From contig CP086569.2 in the NCBI GenBank assembly GCA_009914755.4, positions 13,216,001 to 13,280,000 on the forward strand: a stretch of DNA of 64,000 nt, written 5' to 3'. The notes beneath the pieces were generated by a model, which was not told the origin of the DNA, ran no database searches, and saw only the letters and a list, made by a program, of their open reading frames with translations. Shown piece after piece: positions 29,425 through 45,789 of the stretch. Each line of letters starts with the position of its first letter. The stretch's first letter is position 1. Both the position numbers and the translations under genes were made by a program. This DNA comes from the human T2T-CHM13v2.0 reference genome, Homo sapiens.

Positions 29425-29814
29425 TTACACATTTTGTCTTCTCCCTGCTTAGAGAGCTTTATTTTTCAGTCCTTGAAAGAGTCTTTTTGGGCTAATGTTG
29501 GCAAGTATACCTACAATGTATATTTGCTTTGAAGTAGATGGATCCACCAATCTAGTACATATGTAAAACGGGATATATAAATGCCAACTACATCCACTAA
29601 TGCCTTCCCAAAACAACTTCACATCGAAAGCCTGACTGCTCAGAAACCTTCTTTACCTCATTGCCATTGATGTTAATATATTGTTTACCCAGTCTGGTTT
29701 TCTGTGCCATGAAGAATGTCAGTATTATAAACTGGGGGAGCTTTAAGCAACAGGAATTTATCCTGTCCCAGCCCTGGAGATCAAGAGTTTCAGATCAAGG
29801 TTTCTCAGGGAAAT

Positions 29815-30960
29815 GTTCCCTCCAGAAGATCTAGGGGAGGCTTCTCCCTGCCTCTGCCAACTCCTGGGGGCCCCAGGTGTCCCTGAGCTTGTGGCCACAT
29901 CACTCCAGTCTCTGCCTCTGTCTCTATGTGGCCTTCTCCTCTGTGTCTGTGTCTCCTCTTCTGTCTCTTAGAATGCTGTCATTAGACTTAGAGTCCATCC
30001 TTCTCCATGATGATCTTGAGATATTAATTGCATCTACAAGGACCCCTTTTTTAAAATAAGGTCCCATTCACATAATCTGGAAATCAGGATGTGGATATAT
30101 CTTTTAGGAGGACTACACTGCAATCTACTGCAATTGAATCCACTTCTTTCTGGATGCTCTAGGGGAGGCTCCTTCCTGCCTCTCCCAGTTACCGGGGGCT
30201 CCAGGCATCCCTGGGCTTGTGGCCACATCACTCCAGTCTCTGCCTCCATCTCCATATGGCCTTCTCCTCTGTGTCCATGTCTCCTCTTCTATCTCTTAGA
30301 AGGACATCTGTCATTGAATTTAGGGCTACCCTAATCCAGGATTGTCTCAAAGTCCTTAACTTGATTATGTCTGCAAACCCCCTATTTCCAAATAAAGTCT
30401 CATTTATAGGCTCTGGGAGATATGACATGAACATGTTTTGGGGTCACCATTCAATACATTGCAGTTGTATCCACTTTCTTCTTGAGCCTCTAGGGGAGGA
30501 TTCTTCCTGCCGCTCCCAGCGCATGGGGGTTGCAGACTTCCCTGGGCTTGTGGCCACATCACTCCAGTCTCTGCTTCTGTCTCCACGTGGCCTTCTCCTC
30601 TGTGTCTGTGTCTCTTCTTCTGTCTCTTAGAAGGATATCTGTCGTTGCGTTTAGGGCCACCCTAATCCAGGATTATCTCAAGGTCCTTAACTTGATTACA
30701 TCTGCAAAAACCCTATTTCCAAATAAAGTCTAATTTATAGGCTCTGGGAGACATGACATGAACATGTTTTGGGGTCACCATTCAATACATTGCAGTTGTA
30801 TCCACTTTCTTCTTGAGGCTCTAGGGGAGGATCCTTCCTGCCACTCCCAGTGCCTGGGGGTTCCAGACGTCCCTGCGCTTGTGGCCACATCATTCCTGTC
30901 TCTGACTCCATCTCCACATGGCCTTCTCCTCTATGGAATGAGGACTCTTATAAGGACAAG
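29815..30960 (+). repeat. tandem array (about 3.5 units of about 320-340 bp) derived from an ancient mammalian interspersed repeat (the family with ..cttataaggacac..ggattagggcccaccctaat..; name not recalled)
   Basis: motif ctaggggagg.. recurs at 29831, 30150, 30490 and 30820. The repeated ORF peptide WPHHSSLCL appears three times in the ORF track. Confidence 0.8.
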
Positions 30961-31082
30961 AGCCATTTGCAGTGAAGGACCCAACTTAAACCAATGCACA
31001 CTAACCAACAACAAGGTTAATAAAAAATATAAAATCAAACCTCTAAAGGGGAACTACATGAGATTGAATGTTTTAATGTCAC

Positions 31083-31472
<390 letters not shown>

Positions 31473-32059
31473 TGAAAATGTCACCTTGGCTTTGCAGTAA
31501 GGCATCCCTGAAATTGTTCCCCGACCAAACCGAGGGTCGGGCTGCTTATTCTCATGGCCCAATAACGAGATGCAAATGAAAGAGGAAAGAAAGGAGTTTT
31601 ATTTCTGTAACCAGATACGGGGGAGAAGGGCTGGAAATGATCACTAGACCAACTCCAAATTACAAAGTTTTCCAGAGCTTCTATATCTTCTAAGCTGTAT
31701 GTCCACATGTAAGTGTGTTTTCATGTAAATACATACGTAATTCAATTTCCTTTCATCTGTAACTAAGGTCTGAGTCCTGAGGACCTTCCTCTGGAGCCTC
31801 AGTAAATTGACTTAATCTAAATGGGTCCAGGTGCTGGGGTGATTACCCTTATCTTGTCTTCTGCTAAGCATGGAGGTTTGGGGAGTTCCTTTAGACCCCC
31901 AATAAAACTTCATCCTAAATGGGTCCAGTTAAGAATTCCTTCCTTGTCTTGTCATGCTTCAAGGCCTAGGAGAGCACTGGGCCAAACTCTTGGTGGGCTT
32001 TTGTTAGATTCCAGCCTTTGTATAAGGGCCTGGGTCTTTCAGCTTTTTTTCCTTTTTCT

Positions 32060-32362
32060 TTTTTTTATTGAGACCGAGTCTCACTCTGTCACCCAGGATG
32101 GAGTGCAGTGGTGCAATCTAGGCTCACTGCAACCCTCCTGGGTTCAGCCCTCCTGGGTTCAAGGGATCCTCCTGCTTCAGCCTCCCTAGTAGCTGGGATT
32201 ACAACCATGTGCCACCACAACTGGCTAATTTTTGTATTTTTAGTTGAGATGGGGTTTCACCGTGTTGGCCAGGGTGGTCTCAAACTCCTGACCTCTGGTG
32301 ATCCACCCACCTTGACCTCCAGAAGTGCTGGGATTACAGGTGTGAGCCACCGTACCCGGCCA
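32060..32362 (-). mobile_element. Alu SINE
   Basis: canonical minus-strand Alu. Confidence 0.9.
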
Positions 32363-32610
32363 ATTAATTACTTTTAAACAAACAGGTGATGTTTGGTGAT
32401 GACTAACGTGAGTAGCTGCTGCATGCTTCTTCTAAGCGTGCTAACGCACACACATGCCTTCCATCCATCTGCATTCACACCCAGACTTTCCCTCCACTGA
32501 TACAATATAAGGAGAGTGCAGCACCTGGGGCTGGGACTGATGGATGCTGGAGGGACAAATGTCCAAAGTCCCTGTTCCAACCCTGAGCCATGCCATGTTC
32601 CTTCCTGCGT

Positions 32611-32731
32611 TGTGATTGACAGCCAGGACCTTCTGCCCTTGCTTCTGGTGACAGCCCAGCATTCAGACCACGATTCCTGATGCATTACTGTGAGAAGTTT
32701 CTGCACTCAGCCAGGCGGCATCAATGGGACA
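32611..32731 (+). pseudogene. decayed arylsulfatase exon (equivalent to ARSE/ARSD exon VIDGQDLLPLLL..HEFLMHYCE..): acceptor AG lost, 1-bp deletion frameshift, donor GTGAGT retained
   Basis: reads VIDSQDLLPLLLVTAQHSDH then frame slips (cacga-ttcctg) into EFLMHYCEKFLHSARRHQWD. No AG precedes gtgattgac. Confidence 0.6.
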
Positions 32732-33055
32732 GTGAGTAGGGGAGCCCCTTCCTAACACTCTTTGGGAAAGAGTCCCTCTCTGCAGGAAAGCACCATGCCC
32801 TAGAACAGGCTGGGAATGGAGCTGCATTCCAGATTCCATCTCCATGTCTCCACACTTCTGTTTTTCTCCAGGAGCTTTTAAAATTTAGTTTTTGTCAATA
32901 TGTATCCTTCTCATTCCAGTGACATGCCTTCTGAGATCACCTGTCAATCGTCTTAAAACAATGGGAAGGGGGTTGTTACCTGTAGTTTAAGCACCTTGTA
33001 TGGTCTGTATTTCATTCTTTTTTTCCCTGCACTGTATGAAGTGCAACTTTTATCA

Positions 33056-33116
33056 TCACACACACATGTATGTGCATGCATACACATGCACACACACATG
33101 CTTGCACACACATGTG
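33056..33116. repeat. (CA)n-rich microsatellite
   Basis: cacacacatgtatgtgcatgcatacacatgcacacacacatg. Confidence 0.85.
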
Positions 33117-33159
33117 TTCAAGACTTTTCTAATCCTCTTTTTTTCTTATTTTTTGTAAT

Positions 33160-36318
<3,159 letters not shown>

Positions 36319-37114
36319 CTATTTTTCATTTTTTAAATTACATATTATAGATGTTGCCTTTTAAGTTTTTAAAAACATTTTCATCAATAGCACAGCCTGA
36401 CCTACCATTGTTTCTGCTCAACAGCTCAGATAACTGGGTTCCTTGACACCATGACTGTGCATTACTCACCTGTCTCCTCTTGGTCATTGGATAATGTTTT
36501 TTTTTTGGAGGTCGACAGATGGAGAGTGCCTTTCTACTGCCTGTGTGTCCTCAATACTGCTCTGATTGGCCTTCTCCAGTCCACTGCTCATCCCATGGCT
36601 ATTGTGCCTGCTGAGTGCATCCCCAAAATGATCCACTGCATGAAGTTCATGGCAAGTCCAAATTCCTGTGGGGAGCTTGGAATACCTTATTTCTGAAGCC
36701 AGCCCTGCCCTACCTCTGAAACTTCAGCCCTGCCCTACCTCTGAAACCTTACTCCTGATAACCAGAGCTCTGCAATGTCCAAGCTCCAACTGTCCCGAGC
36801 CCAGTGATCTGAGGACAGGCTCGTCTTGTCGCTGCCTCACGGCCTTTGTACGAACAATTCCAACCACATGGAATGCACTCAGAGGACTGGACCTCCACAT
36901 GGCTGGCTCACTGTTGATGTGCATGTCCTAAGTCAAATATTACCTTCTCAAGCAGGCTTCTGGGATGAAAACCAAATCCCCTGAACTGCACTCACACGAA
37001 CCTCCACTGTTAACTATCCATCACCCATCATGTGAACCAACTGTACTTAATTTGGAGCACTTACACCTGGCCACAATTTTCTGTTTTGTTTTGTTTTGTT
37101 TTGTTTTACTTTAA

Positions 37115-37215
37115 ATAGATGTGGGGTCTTGCTGTGTTGCCCAGGCTTATCTGAAACTCTTGTATGCAGGCAGTCCTCCTACCTCACACTCCCTGAGTGC
37201 TGGATTATAGGCGTG
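37115..37215 (-). mobile_element. Alu fragment (FLAM-like), preceded by (GTTTT)n at 37080-37110
   Basis: ggggtcttgctgtgttgcccaggcttatctgaaactc.. Confidence 0.75.
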
Positions 37216-37234
37216 ACTGCATATCAGTCACTCT

Positions 37235-37239
37235 AATTA

Positions 37240-37277
<38 letters not shown>

Positions 37278-37702
37278 AATCCATCCATTCATTCATCTCC
37301 CTATCCATCTATGAATTATATTTATCTATTTATCTATGAATATCTGTCTATCCTTCCATGTATCTATGAATGATAGTTTTCTATTTATCTGTGAATATCT
37401 CTTTCCGTCCATCTGTCTATCCATCCATCCCTATCTATCTATCTATCTATCATCTATCATCTGTGAATGATGTCTATCTACTTATCTATGAATGATATTT
37501 ATCTGTGGTCTATCTACCTATCTATCTATCTAATCTATCTATCATCTGTGAATGACAGGGTCTTCCCCTGTTCCTCAGGCTGCATACAGCGCACTGGCAT
37601 AATCACAGCTCACTGCAGCCTCAATTTCCTGGTCTCAAGTGATCCTCCTACCTCAGTCTCCTGAGTAGCTGGGACTATGGGCGTGAGTGCATGCCCATCC
37701 GG

Positions 37703-37737
<35 letters not shown>

Positions 37738-38000
37738 GTCTGTCTATCTATCTATCTATCATCTATCATCTGTGAATGATGTCTATCTACTTATCTATGA
37801 ATGATATTTATCTGTGGTTATCTATCTATCTATATCATCTGTGAATGACAGGGTCTTCCTCTGTTCCTCAGGCTGCAGTGCACTGGCATAATCACAGCTC
37901 ACTGCAGCCTCAATCTCCTGGGCTCAAGTGATCCTCCTACCTCAGCCTCCTGAGTAGCTGGGACTATGGGTGTGAGTGCATGCCCATCTGGTCTATGTAT
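37235..38000. repeat. (TCTA)n/(TCCA)n compound microsatellite containing a tandemly duplicated about 290-bp unit [TCTA tract + Alu right-arm fragment] (37445-37735 and 37740-38000)
   Basis: two near-identical blocks ..atctatcatctatcatctgtgaatgatgtctatctacttatctatgaatgatatttatctgtgg..gacagggtcttcc..ctgcagcctcaat.. Confidence 0.8.
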
Positions 38001-38019
38001 CTATCTATCTATGAATGAC

Positions 38020-38170
38020 AGGGTCTCACTCTATTGCCTAGCATGGAGTGCAGTGGCATGATCATAGCTCACTGTAGCTTTGACCCCCTGGACTCAAGCA
38101 ATTCCAACCTCAGCTTCCTGAGTAGCTAGTACTATGGCATACACACCACACTGAGCTAATTTTAATTTTT
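38020..38170 (-). mobile_element. Alu fragment
   Basis: gacagggtctcactctattgcctagcatggagtgcagtggcatgatcatagctcactgtagc.. Confidence 0.8.
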
Positions 38171-38181
38171 TTTTTTAATGG

Positions 38182-38480
<299 letters not shown>

Positions 38481-38499
38481 TTACCTTTTAGCCCTATGA

Positions 38500-38898
<399 letters not shown>

Positions 38899-38920
38899 TG
38901 CCTTAGGGAAGATGACCCAC

Positions 38921-38926
38921 AATAAA
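38921..38926 (+). terminator. AATAAA polyadenylation signal of the ARSE-like gene (overlaps the in-frame TAA at 38923-25)
   Basis: cacAATAAAtgtctgc 25 nt after the TAG. Confidence 0.6.
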
Positions 38927-38986
38927 TGTCTGCAGTGAAAAGCTGGAGCCCTGATTCCTAAATTTGTCACTCAAATTGAAACAAAC

Positions 38987-39700
<714 letters not shown>

Positions 39701-40194
39701 TAAACAAACATTAATAATGCACTGTTGAATGATCACTCAGACACCCAAACTGGAGAGGTAAAGTATCTCCTGGAGTAGGGGAGGATTCTGTCAATGGATC
39801 CTAACTCAGTCCAGAAGAGGCCGCCCTGTAGCCCAAAACAGCACAAGTCCCAGCAAAGGTGTCTCTGTGACCTACAGATTTGCACATGAACAGGAGATAG
39901 GTTCCAAAGATAAAAACTGGCACTGATGTGGCTTTGTCTGTGGTGCTCATTTATAGTGTCTGTTTATCGTTTACAACCACAAGGATGTACAGTCCTTTCC
40001 ATTGGAATTGTTTTCAGTCCCCAGTGCCCCAGGTAATTAGGGCAAATTCAGGCTTTGGAATCTGTGCTGCACAGGCAGTGTTCTCCCCAGCTCTGAACTG
40101 CAAGGTCATTGCAAAATCAGGCTTTGCCTTACTTAATATGTCTAGGCTGCTAGAATGAAAATACCATAAAGTGGGTATCATCAAGAATATTTAT

Positions 40195-40800
40195 TTATTG
40201 CAGTTTTAGAGGCTGGATGTCCAACACCCGGGCATGACAGAATCTGTGTCTGGGTAGAACCTGTTTTTTGGTTCACAGCTACCGCCTTCTTCCCCTGTCT
40301 TCAGACAGTCATCCATCTACGTCCTAGTCTCCGATTCTTGGTTTTTTGTTTGTTTGGTTTTTTTTTTGAGACGGAATCTTGCTCTGTTGTCCAGGCTGGA
40401 GTGCAATGGTGCAATCTCAGCTCACTGCAACCTCTGCCTCAGGTTCAAGTGATTCTCCTGTCTCAGCCTCCCAAGGAGCTGAGACAATAGGCTACTTGCT
40501 CCATGCTCGACTAATTTTTGTATTATTTAGTAGAGGCAGGTTTTTGCCATGTTGCCCAGGCTGCTCTGGAACTCCTGACCTCAAGTAATCTTCCCGCCTT
40601 GGCCTCCCAAATTGCTGGGATTACAGGCATGAGTCACTGCACCCAGCCCTAATCTACTCTTCTTATAAGGACCCCACTCCTATTGGAATAGGGCCCACTC
40701 TTGTGACCTCATTTTAAAGGATGACTAAAAACCTTATTCCTGTGAATTTGAGGGCAACACAATTCAGTTCCCAACATATTCTCTCCTGGGAGTAAGGAGG
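40195..40800. repeat. fragments of the ancient interspersed repeat (40195-40350, 40650-40800) flanking a minus-strand Alu (40358-40648)
   Basis: tgcagttttagaggctggatgtccaacac.. and ..cttcttataaggaccccactcctattggaatagggcccactcttgtgacctcattttaaagg..gggcaacacaattcagttcccaaca. Confidence 0.7.
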
Positions 40801-41025
40801 TCTTTCCAATAGTTCTTTCTGTCTCCAGATTCAAGAACAGTTCCCTCCTCCCACTATTCCAAGCCTAGGTATATGATAAGCAATGCCCCACCTTGTCACC
40901 ACTTCAAGAACATGTCCTCAAATTATCCAATCCACATCAGCCTCCAAGAATTCAGGCTGTGCACAGAGACCAAAAAAGTCAAATCCATCTCCAGCCAATT
41001 CTCTTGGGTCAAGAAAGAAATAGTA

Positions 41026-41380
41026 GGCCAGGTGCGATGACTCACATCTGTAGTCCCAGCACTTTAGGGCACTAAGATGGCTTGAGGCCAGGAGTTTCAG
41101 ACCAGCTGGGGTGACATAGCGAGACCTTGCCTCCACATAACATTTAAATAATTAGGTGAGGTGACACGTGCCTATAGTCCCACCTACTTGGGAGGCTGAG
41201 GTGGGAGGATCACTTGAGTCTCTGGCCTCCGAATGTGTTCAAGGCTGCACTGAACTATGATTGTGCCACTACACTCTAGTCTGGGTGACAGGGTGAGATC
41301 TTGTCTCTAAAAAGAAAGGAAGAAGGAAAGGAAAGAAGCAAAAAGAAAAAGGAAGGGAGAGAGGGAGGGAGGGATGGCAG
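41026..41380 (+). mobile_element. Alu SINE (41026-41320) followed by GA-rich tract
   Basis: canonical. Confidence 0.85.
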
Positions 41381-42019
41381 GAGGAACCAGTTAACCCCTA
41401 AGGCTTTCCCCATAGCCATGGCTTATGGAACAAGACCAGCACTTTGGGTCAGCTGTGCCAGATGTTCCTGGCCCATAGAGTCGCCTTTAAGATCTTCAGC
41501 ATCCACTGGGGAGAGTCACATCTGTGTCCACACTTGTCCACACTCTTGACCTTGATGGCTTTGAAGCCAAAGTCCCCAATGGAGGCTCCATGTGCTGAAA
41601 GTCATGTGAGACCCTCAGGGTCAGGGCTTACCCACCCTTTCCATTCCCACAACCTCCCCCAAATATGACTTCTGGTACACCAGCTTCTACTGCCCCCAGG
41701 CCCCATTTCCAAATCCTGGGCACCCAAGACAGCTCAGTGTGTTTATATAATTTACCTAAGTGCACCCAAGGCTCTTTTCTCTCTAGTTCTCAGGATCTCT
41801 AGTTCTCAGGAATCTCAACTCCCAGCAGTACAGGATTTCTTCCAAGGATCAAATCTCCACTCCACCCCTGCTAAACCTCCCTGCAGAACTGCTTATGGGC
41901 TGTCTCCTGCCCGCTCCTTCCAGGCCTTTTCCTGGCCTTCTCCATCTGTGTGATAATGGCTCAGCAAGAAATCCCAGTTGCAAAGCCCTCAAGGATAAAA
42001 AAGTTATTTTTTAAATTTT

Positions 42020-42650
42020 TATTTTAGAGACAGGGTCTTGCTCTGTCACCCAGTCTGGAGTGCAGTGGTACAATCACAGCTCACTGCAACCTCAAATTCC
42101 TGTGCTCATGTGACTCTCCCACTTCAGCCTCTCAAGTAGCTGGGACTACTGGCACACCACCATATTCGGCTTTTTTTTTTTTTTTTTTTGTAGAAATAGG
42201 GTCTCTCTGTGTTGCCCAGGCTGTTCTCAAACTCCTGCTTTTAAGCAATCCTTCCCCTTCAGTCTCCCAAAGTGCTGGGATTACAGGTGTAAGCCACCAT
42301 GCCTAGTCTGATAAAAGCTCTTTCAGAGTAACAGGGCAAAGAGAGAAGCAATAAACAGTGCTCAAGGACTAGCTCTGTCTGGACATGGTGGCTCACGCCT
42401 ATAATCCCTGCACTTTGGGAGGCCGAGGCGGATGGATCACCTGAGGTCAGGAGATCAATACCAGCCTGGCCAATATGGTGAAACTCTGTCTCTACTAAAA
42501 ATAAAAAAATTAGCTAGGTGTGGTGATGTGTGCCTGTAGTCCCAGCTACTTAGGAGGCTGAGGCAGAAGAATCGCTTGAACTTGGGAGGCGGAGGTTGCT
42601 GTGAGCCAACATTGCACCACTGCACTTCAGACTAGGCAATGGAGCATAAT
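42020..42650. mobile_element. Alu (-) 42020-42306 and Alu (+) 42383-42650
   Basis: canonical. Confidence 0.9.
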
Positions 42651-43059
42651 AAATGTAAATGATCCTAATTTGCCAATTAAAAGTTAATGGTCTTTTTTCT
42701 AAATAGAATTCCCAGCACCATTTTGGGAGATTCCAATTCAATCAATTGAGGGAGTCGGGGGCTCCTGACTGTATTGTCTTGAACAAGCAGCCCCATTATC
42801 CCATGCCAGGGGAGTGTGGGGCAGCTCTCTCATATATGAAAATCCTAACTCAGTGAATTTAAGGAGGGACTTCTGATTCTATGTTTTCAACACAAACTTC
42901 TACCCCACCTCCCTGGCCTTACTGACTCTATTTGGTAAGCATAGAGAACTAGTTACAAAGGGGGAAAAAAAAGGCATAACTGTTGGAGGCATAATAATGG
43001 TGAGGAGGACCTGGATTTACCTCCTACCTATACACTTAATATAGAGTCTTCTGGATGGT

Positions 43060-43190
43060 CAGGCACAGTGGCTCACTTGTAATCCAGTACTTTGGGAGGC
43101 CAAAGCAGGAGGACTCCTTGAGGCCAAGAGTTTGAGACCAGCTTAGGCAACATAGTGGGACCTAGTCTCTACAGAAAAAATAAATTAATA
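43060..43190 (+). mobile_element. Alu fragment
   Basis: ggtcaggcacagtggctcacttgtaatccagtactttgggaggccaaagcaggagg.. Confidence 0.8.
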
Positions 43191-43664
43191 AAAATGGGTC
43201 AGGGGTGGTGATGCACACCGGTAGTTCCACTTCCTTAAGAGGTGGTGATAGCCTCACCCTTGACAGCCAGAGCCTTAGAAGAAAAAAGTACTGTTATCTT
43301 GAAGACTATGGAATTATTTTGCCCCTGAACAGTGCAAGAGGACCTAAGCAACCCCCTTTGAGGGAAAATGGGTCACCTGGGCTGGAGGTAGAGATGTGAT
43401 ATTGTTTTGTAAGCTAGGATTTCCTACAAAATATGGATTTATACTTTGAGCAGATCTTGCATTGTGAGGGGATGTGAGGGGATGAGGTACGAAATGAAGG
43501 GGCTTGAGAAAATCAGTGACTAGGGTTCAAGAGAGTTAAAGACAAAAAGGTTCACTGCAGCCTCAACTCTCAGCCTTGATCTTTCTAGAGGTCAAAAGAG
43601 TTAAAAACAAAACATACAAACAAAAAAAGGGGGACCCAAAGATACAAAGAAAAGAATTACATGA

Positions 43665-44453
43665 CAGCCGCTCCATCCGGGAGGGAGGTGGGGGGCAGCC
43701 CCCGCCCCACCAGCCGCCCTGTCCAGGAGGGAGGTGGGGGGCAGCCTCCACCCGGCCACCGCCCCATCCGGGAGGTGGGGGGTGCCTCTACCCGGCCACC
43801 CCGTCTGGGAAGTGAGGAGCCCCTCTGCCCGGCCACCACCCCGTCTGGGAGGTGTACCCAACAGCTCATTGAAAACGGGCCATGATGACAATGGCAGTTT
43901 TGTCGAATAGAAAAGGGGGAAATGTGGGGAAAAGAAAGAAAGATCAGATTGTTACTGTGTCTGTGTGGAAAGAGGTAGACATGGGAGACTCCATTTTGTT
44001 CTGTACTAAGAAAAATTCTTCTGCCTTGGGATGCTGTTAATCTATAACCTTACCCCCAACCCCGTGCTCTCTGAAACATGTGCTGTGTCCACTCAGGGTT
44101 AAATGGATTAAGGGCGGTGCAAGATGTGCTTTGTTAAACAGATGCTTGAAGGCAGCATGCTCGTGAAGAGTCATCACCACTCCCTAATCTCAAGTACCCA
44201 GGGACACAAACACTGCGGAAGGCCGCAGGGTCCTCTGCCTAGGAAAACCAGAGACCCTTGTTCACATGTTTATCTGCTGACCTTCCCTCCACTATTGTCC
44301 TATGACCCTGCCAAATTCCCCTCTCCAAGAAACACCCAAGAATGATCAATAAATACTATTTTAAAAAAAATGCAAGTTACCTCCCTGCTATCCTGGCGTT
44401 TTCCTAATTACTGTAATAAATCTGTCTTTCTCTACCTACAAAAAAAAAAAAAA
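43665..44453 (+). mobile_element. 5'-truncated SVA retrotransposon (VNTR remnant + SINE-R + polyA) with 16-bp TSD GAAAAGAATTACATGA and a 69-bp extra tail between two polyA tracts (possible 3' transduction)
   Basis: GC-rich ccgggagggaggtggggggcag VNTR-type repeats. HERV-K-derived SINE-R ending ..cccaagaatgatcaataaa. TSD copies at 43649-43664 and 44459-44474. Confidence 0.85.
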
Positions 44454-44626
44454 GAAAAGAAAAGAATTACATGAGAGGGTAATGAGCAAAACTGCATCAC
44501 TCAAAAACAAAAGGATGAGTCACAGAAAAGACGGGGAGGGGTCCAGGGCACAGTGGTTAATCAAAAGGAGTAATTTCAACATCAGTCTGATGGAAGGAAT
44601 AAAGATAAAAATAGCAGTTGGAATTA

Positions 44627-45285
44627 GCCAGGCTTGGTGGTGGCCACCTGTAGTCCCAGCTACTCGGGAGGCTAATGCAGGAGAATCGCTTCAACCCAGG
44701 TGGAGGTGGAGGCTGCACTGAGCTGGGATCGCACCACTGCACTCCAGCCTGGGCCACAGAGTGAGACCCTATCTTAAAATAATAATAATGGTAATAAAAG
44801 GAAAAAAAAAAGAGTCCATCTAGCATTCCCCATCCCAAACTTAGAGTACAAGTCCAGCATCTGGAACAGACATTTCAAACACCAAGTTTTGAGAAACTGA
44901 AATTGCAGCTTGATTGCTCTGGGCAGGTCATAAGACCCTTCCCAACAAAAAGAAAAGAGACTCCGTGTGCTCAAACCTAACTGGGTTTGTTTATTTGTTT
45001 ATTTATTTATTTTATTCTTTGAGACAGAGTGTCACTCTGTAGCCCAGGCTGGAGTGCAGTGGCGCAAACTCCACCTCCCAGATTCAAGCAATTCTCCTGC
45101 CTTAGCCTCACCAATAGCTGGGACTACACACGTGAGCTACCACGCCTGGCTAATTTTTGTATTTTTAGTAGAGACAGGATTTCACCATGTTGGCCAAGCT
45201 GGTCTGGAACTCCTGACCTCAGGTGACCTACTCCTCTTGGCCTCCCAAATTGCTGGGATCCTAGGCGGGAGCCGCAGCTCTGGGT
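44627..45285. mobile_element. Alu right-arm fragment (+) 44627-44790 and Alu (-) 45010-45285
   Basis: canonical. Confidence 0.85.
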
Positions 45286-45289
45286 CAAT

Positions 45290-45780
45290 CACAACTGGGT
45301 TTAATCAGCTCCTCCTTAGCATCGGCCTCTCTGAGTGACGACCTGGGAAACCTGCTTCCACGCCCAGGTCCTGGAGATCCCTGAGGTCCCGAGAGCCAGG
45401 ACATGAGGCGGATGAAGGAGGGGCAGGCGTACACCCTAGATCCCATAGCTGAGAGAGATCACCTTGGCACTAGCAGAGCCCTGCGCAGAGTGCGCAAAGG
45501 TCCCTCGCTCTGGGCCAGCGATGGGCCATGCGATCAGCCAGCTTGAGTGGACGCACCCGCCCGCCGCCAGGTGCCAGGGACCCTGGGATGTGGCCCACAC
45601 TAAGGCTTGGGGTGAGGGCCTGGGGAGGGGGTCGCGAGCACGAAGGGTCCCTGTAAAGGGCGTGGTTATATCCGGCGCCCTGTAGTCCCCAGAATGTAGC
45701 TGGAGGCGGCTTCTGTGCCTGGGAAAGACGCCAGACATCAGAGCCCAGGGATAGGAGGCGACTGAGGGGATTCCTCGGTT
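45290..45780 (+). promoter_or_regulatory. CpG-rich island-like segment; candidate promoter and start-codon portion of the ARSD-like first exon (ATG at 45521)
   Basis: about 17 CpG in 230 bp (45470-45700) amid CpG-depleted repeats. ORF ATGGGCCATGCG..ACGCACCCGCCCGCCGCCAGG ends at a CCAGGGA motif that recurs at the acceptor edge of the exon at 53653-53659. Confidence 0.4.
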
Positions 45781-45789
45781 ATAACAAGG

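Noticed and set aside
43576-43891. Overlapping GC-rich ORFs on both strands (G/P/R-rich peptides)
   Set aside because: They fall in the SVA VNTR-like GC-rich repeats. No codon structure or homology.
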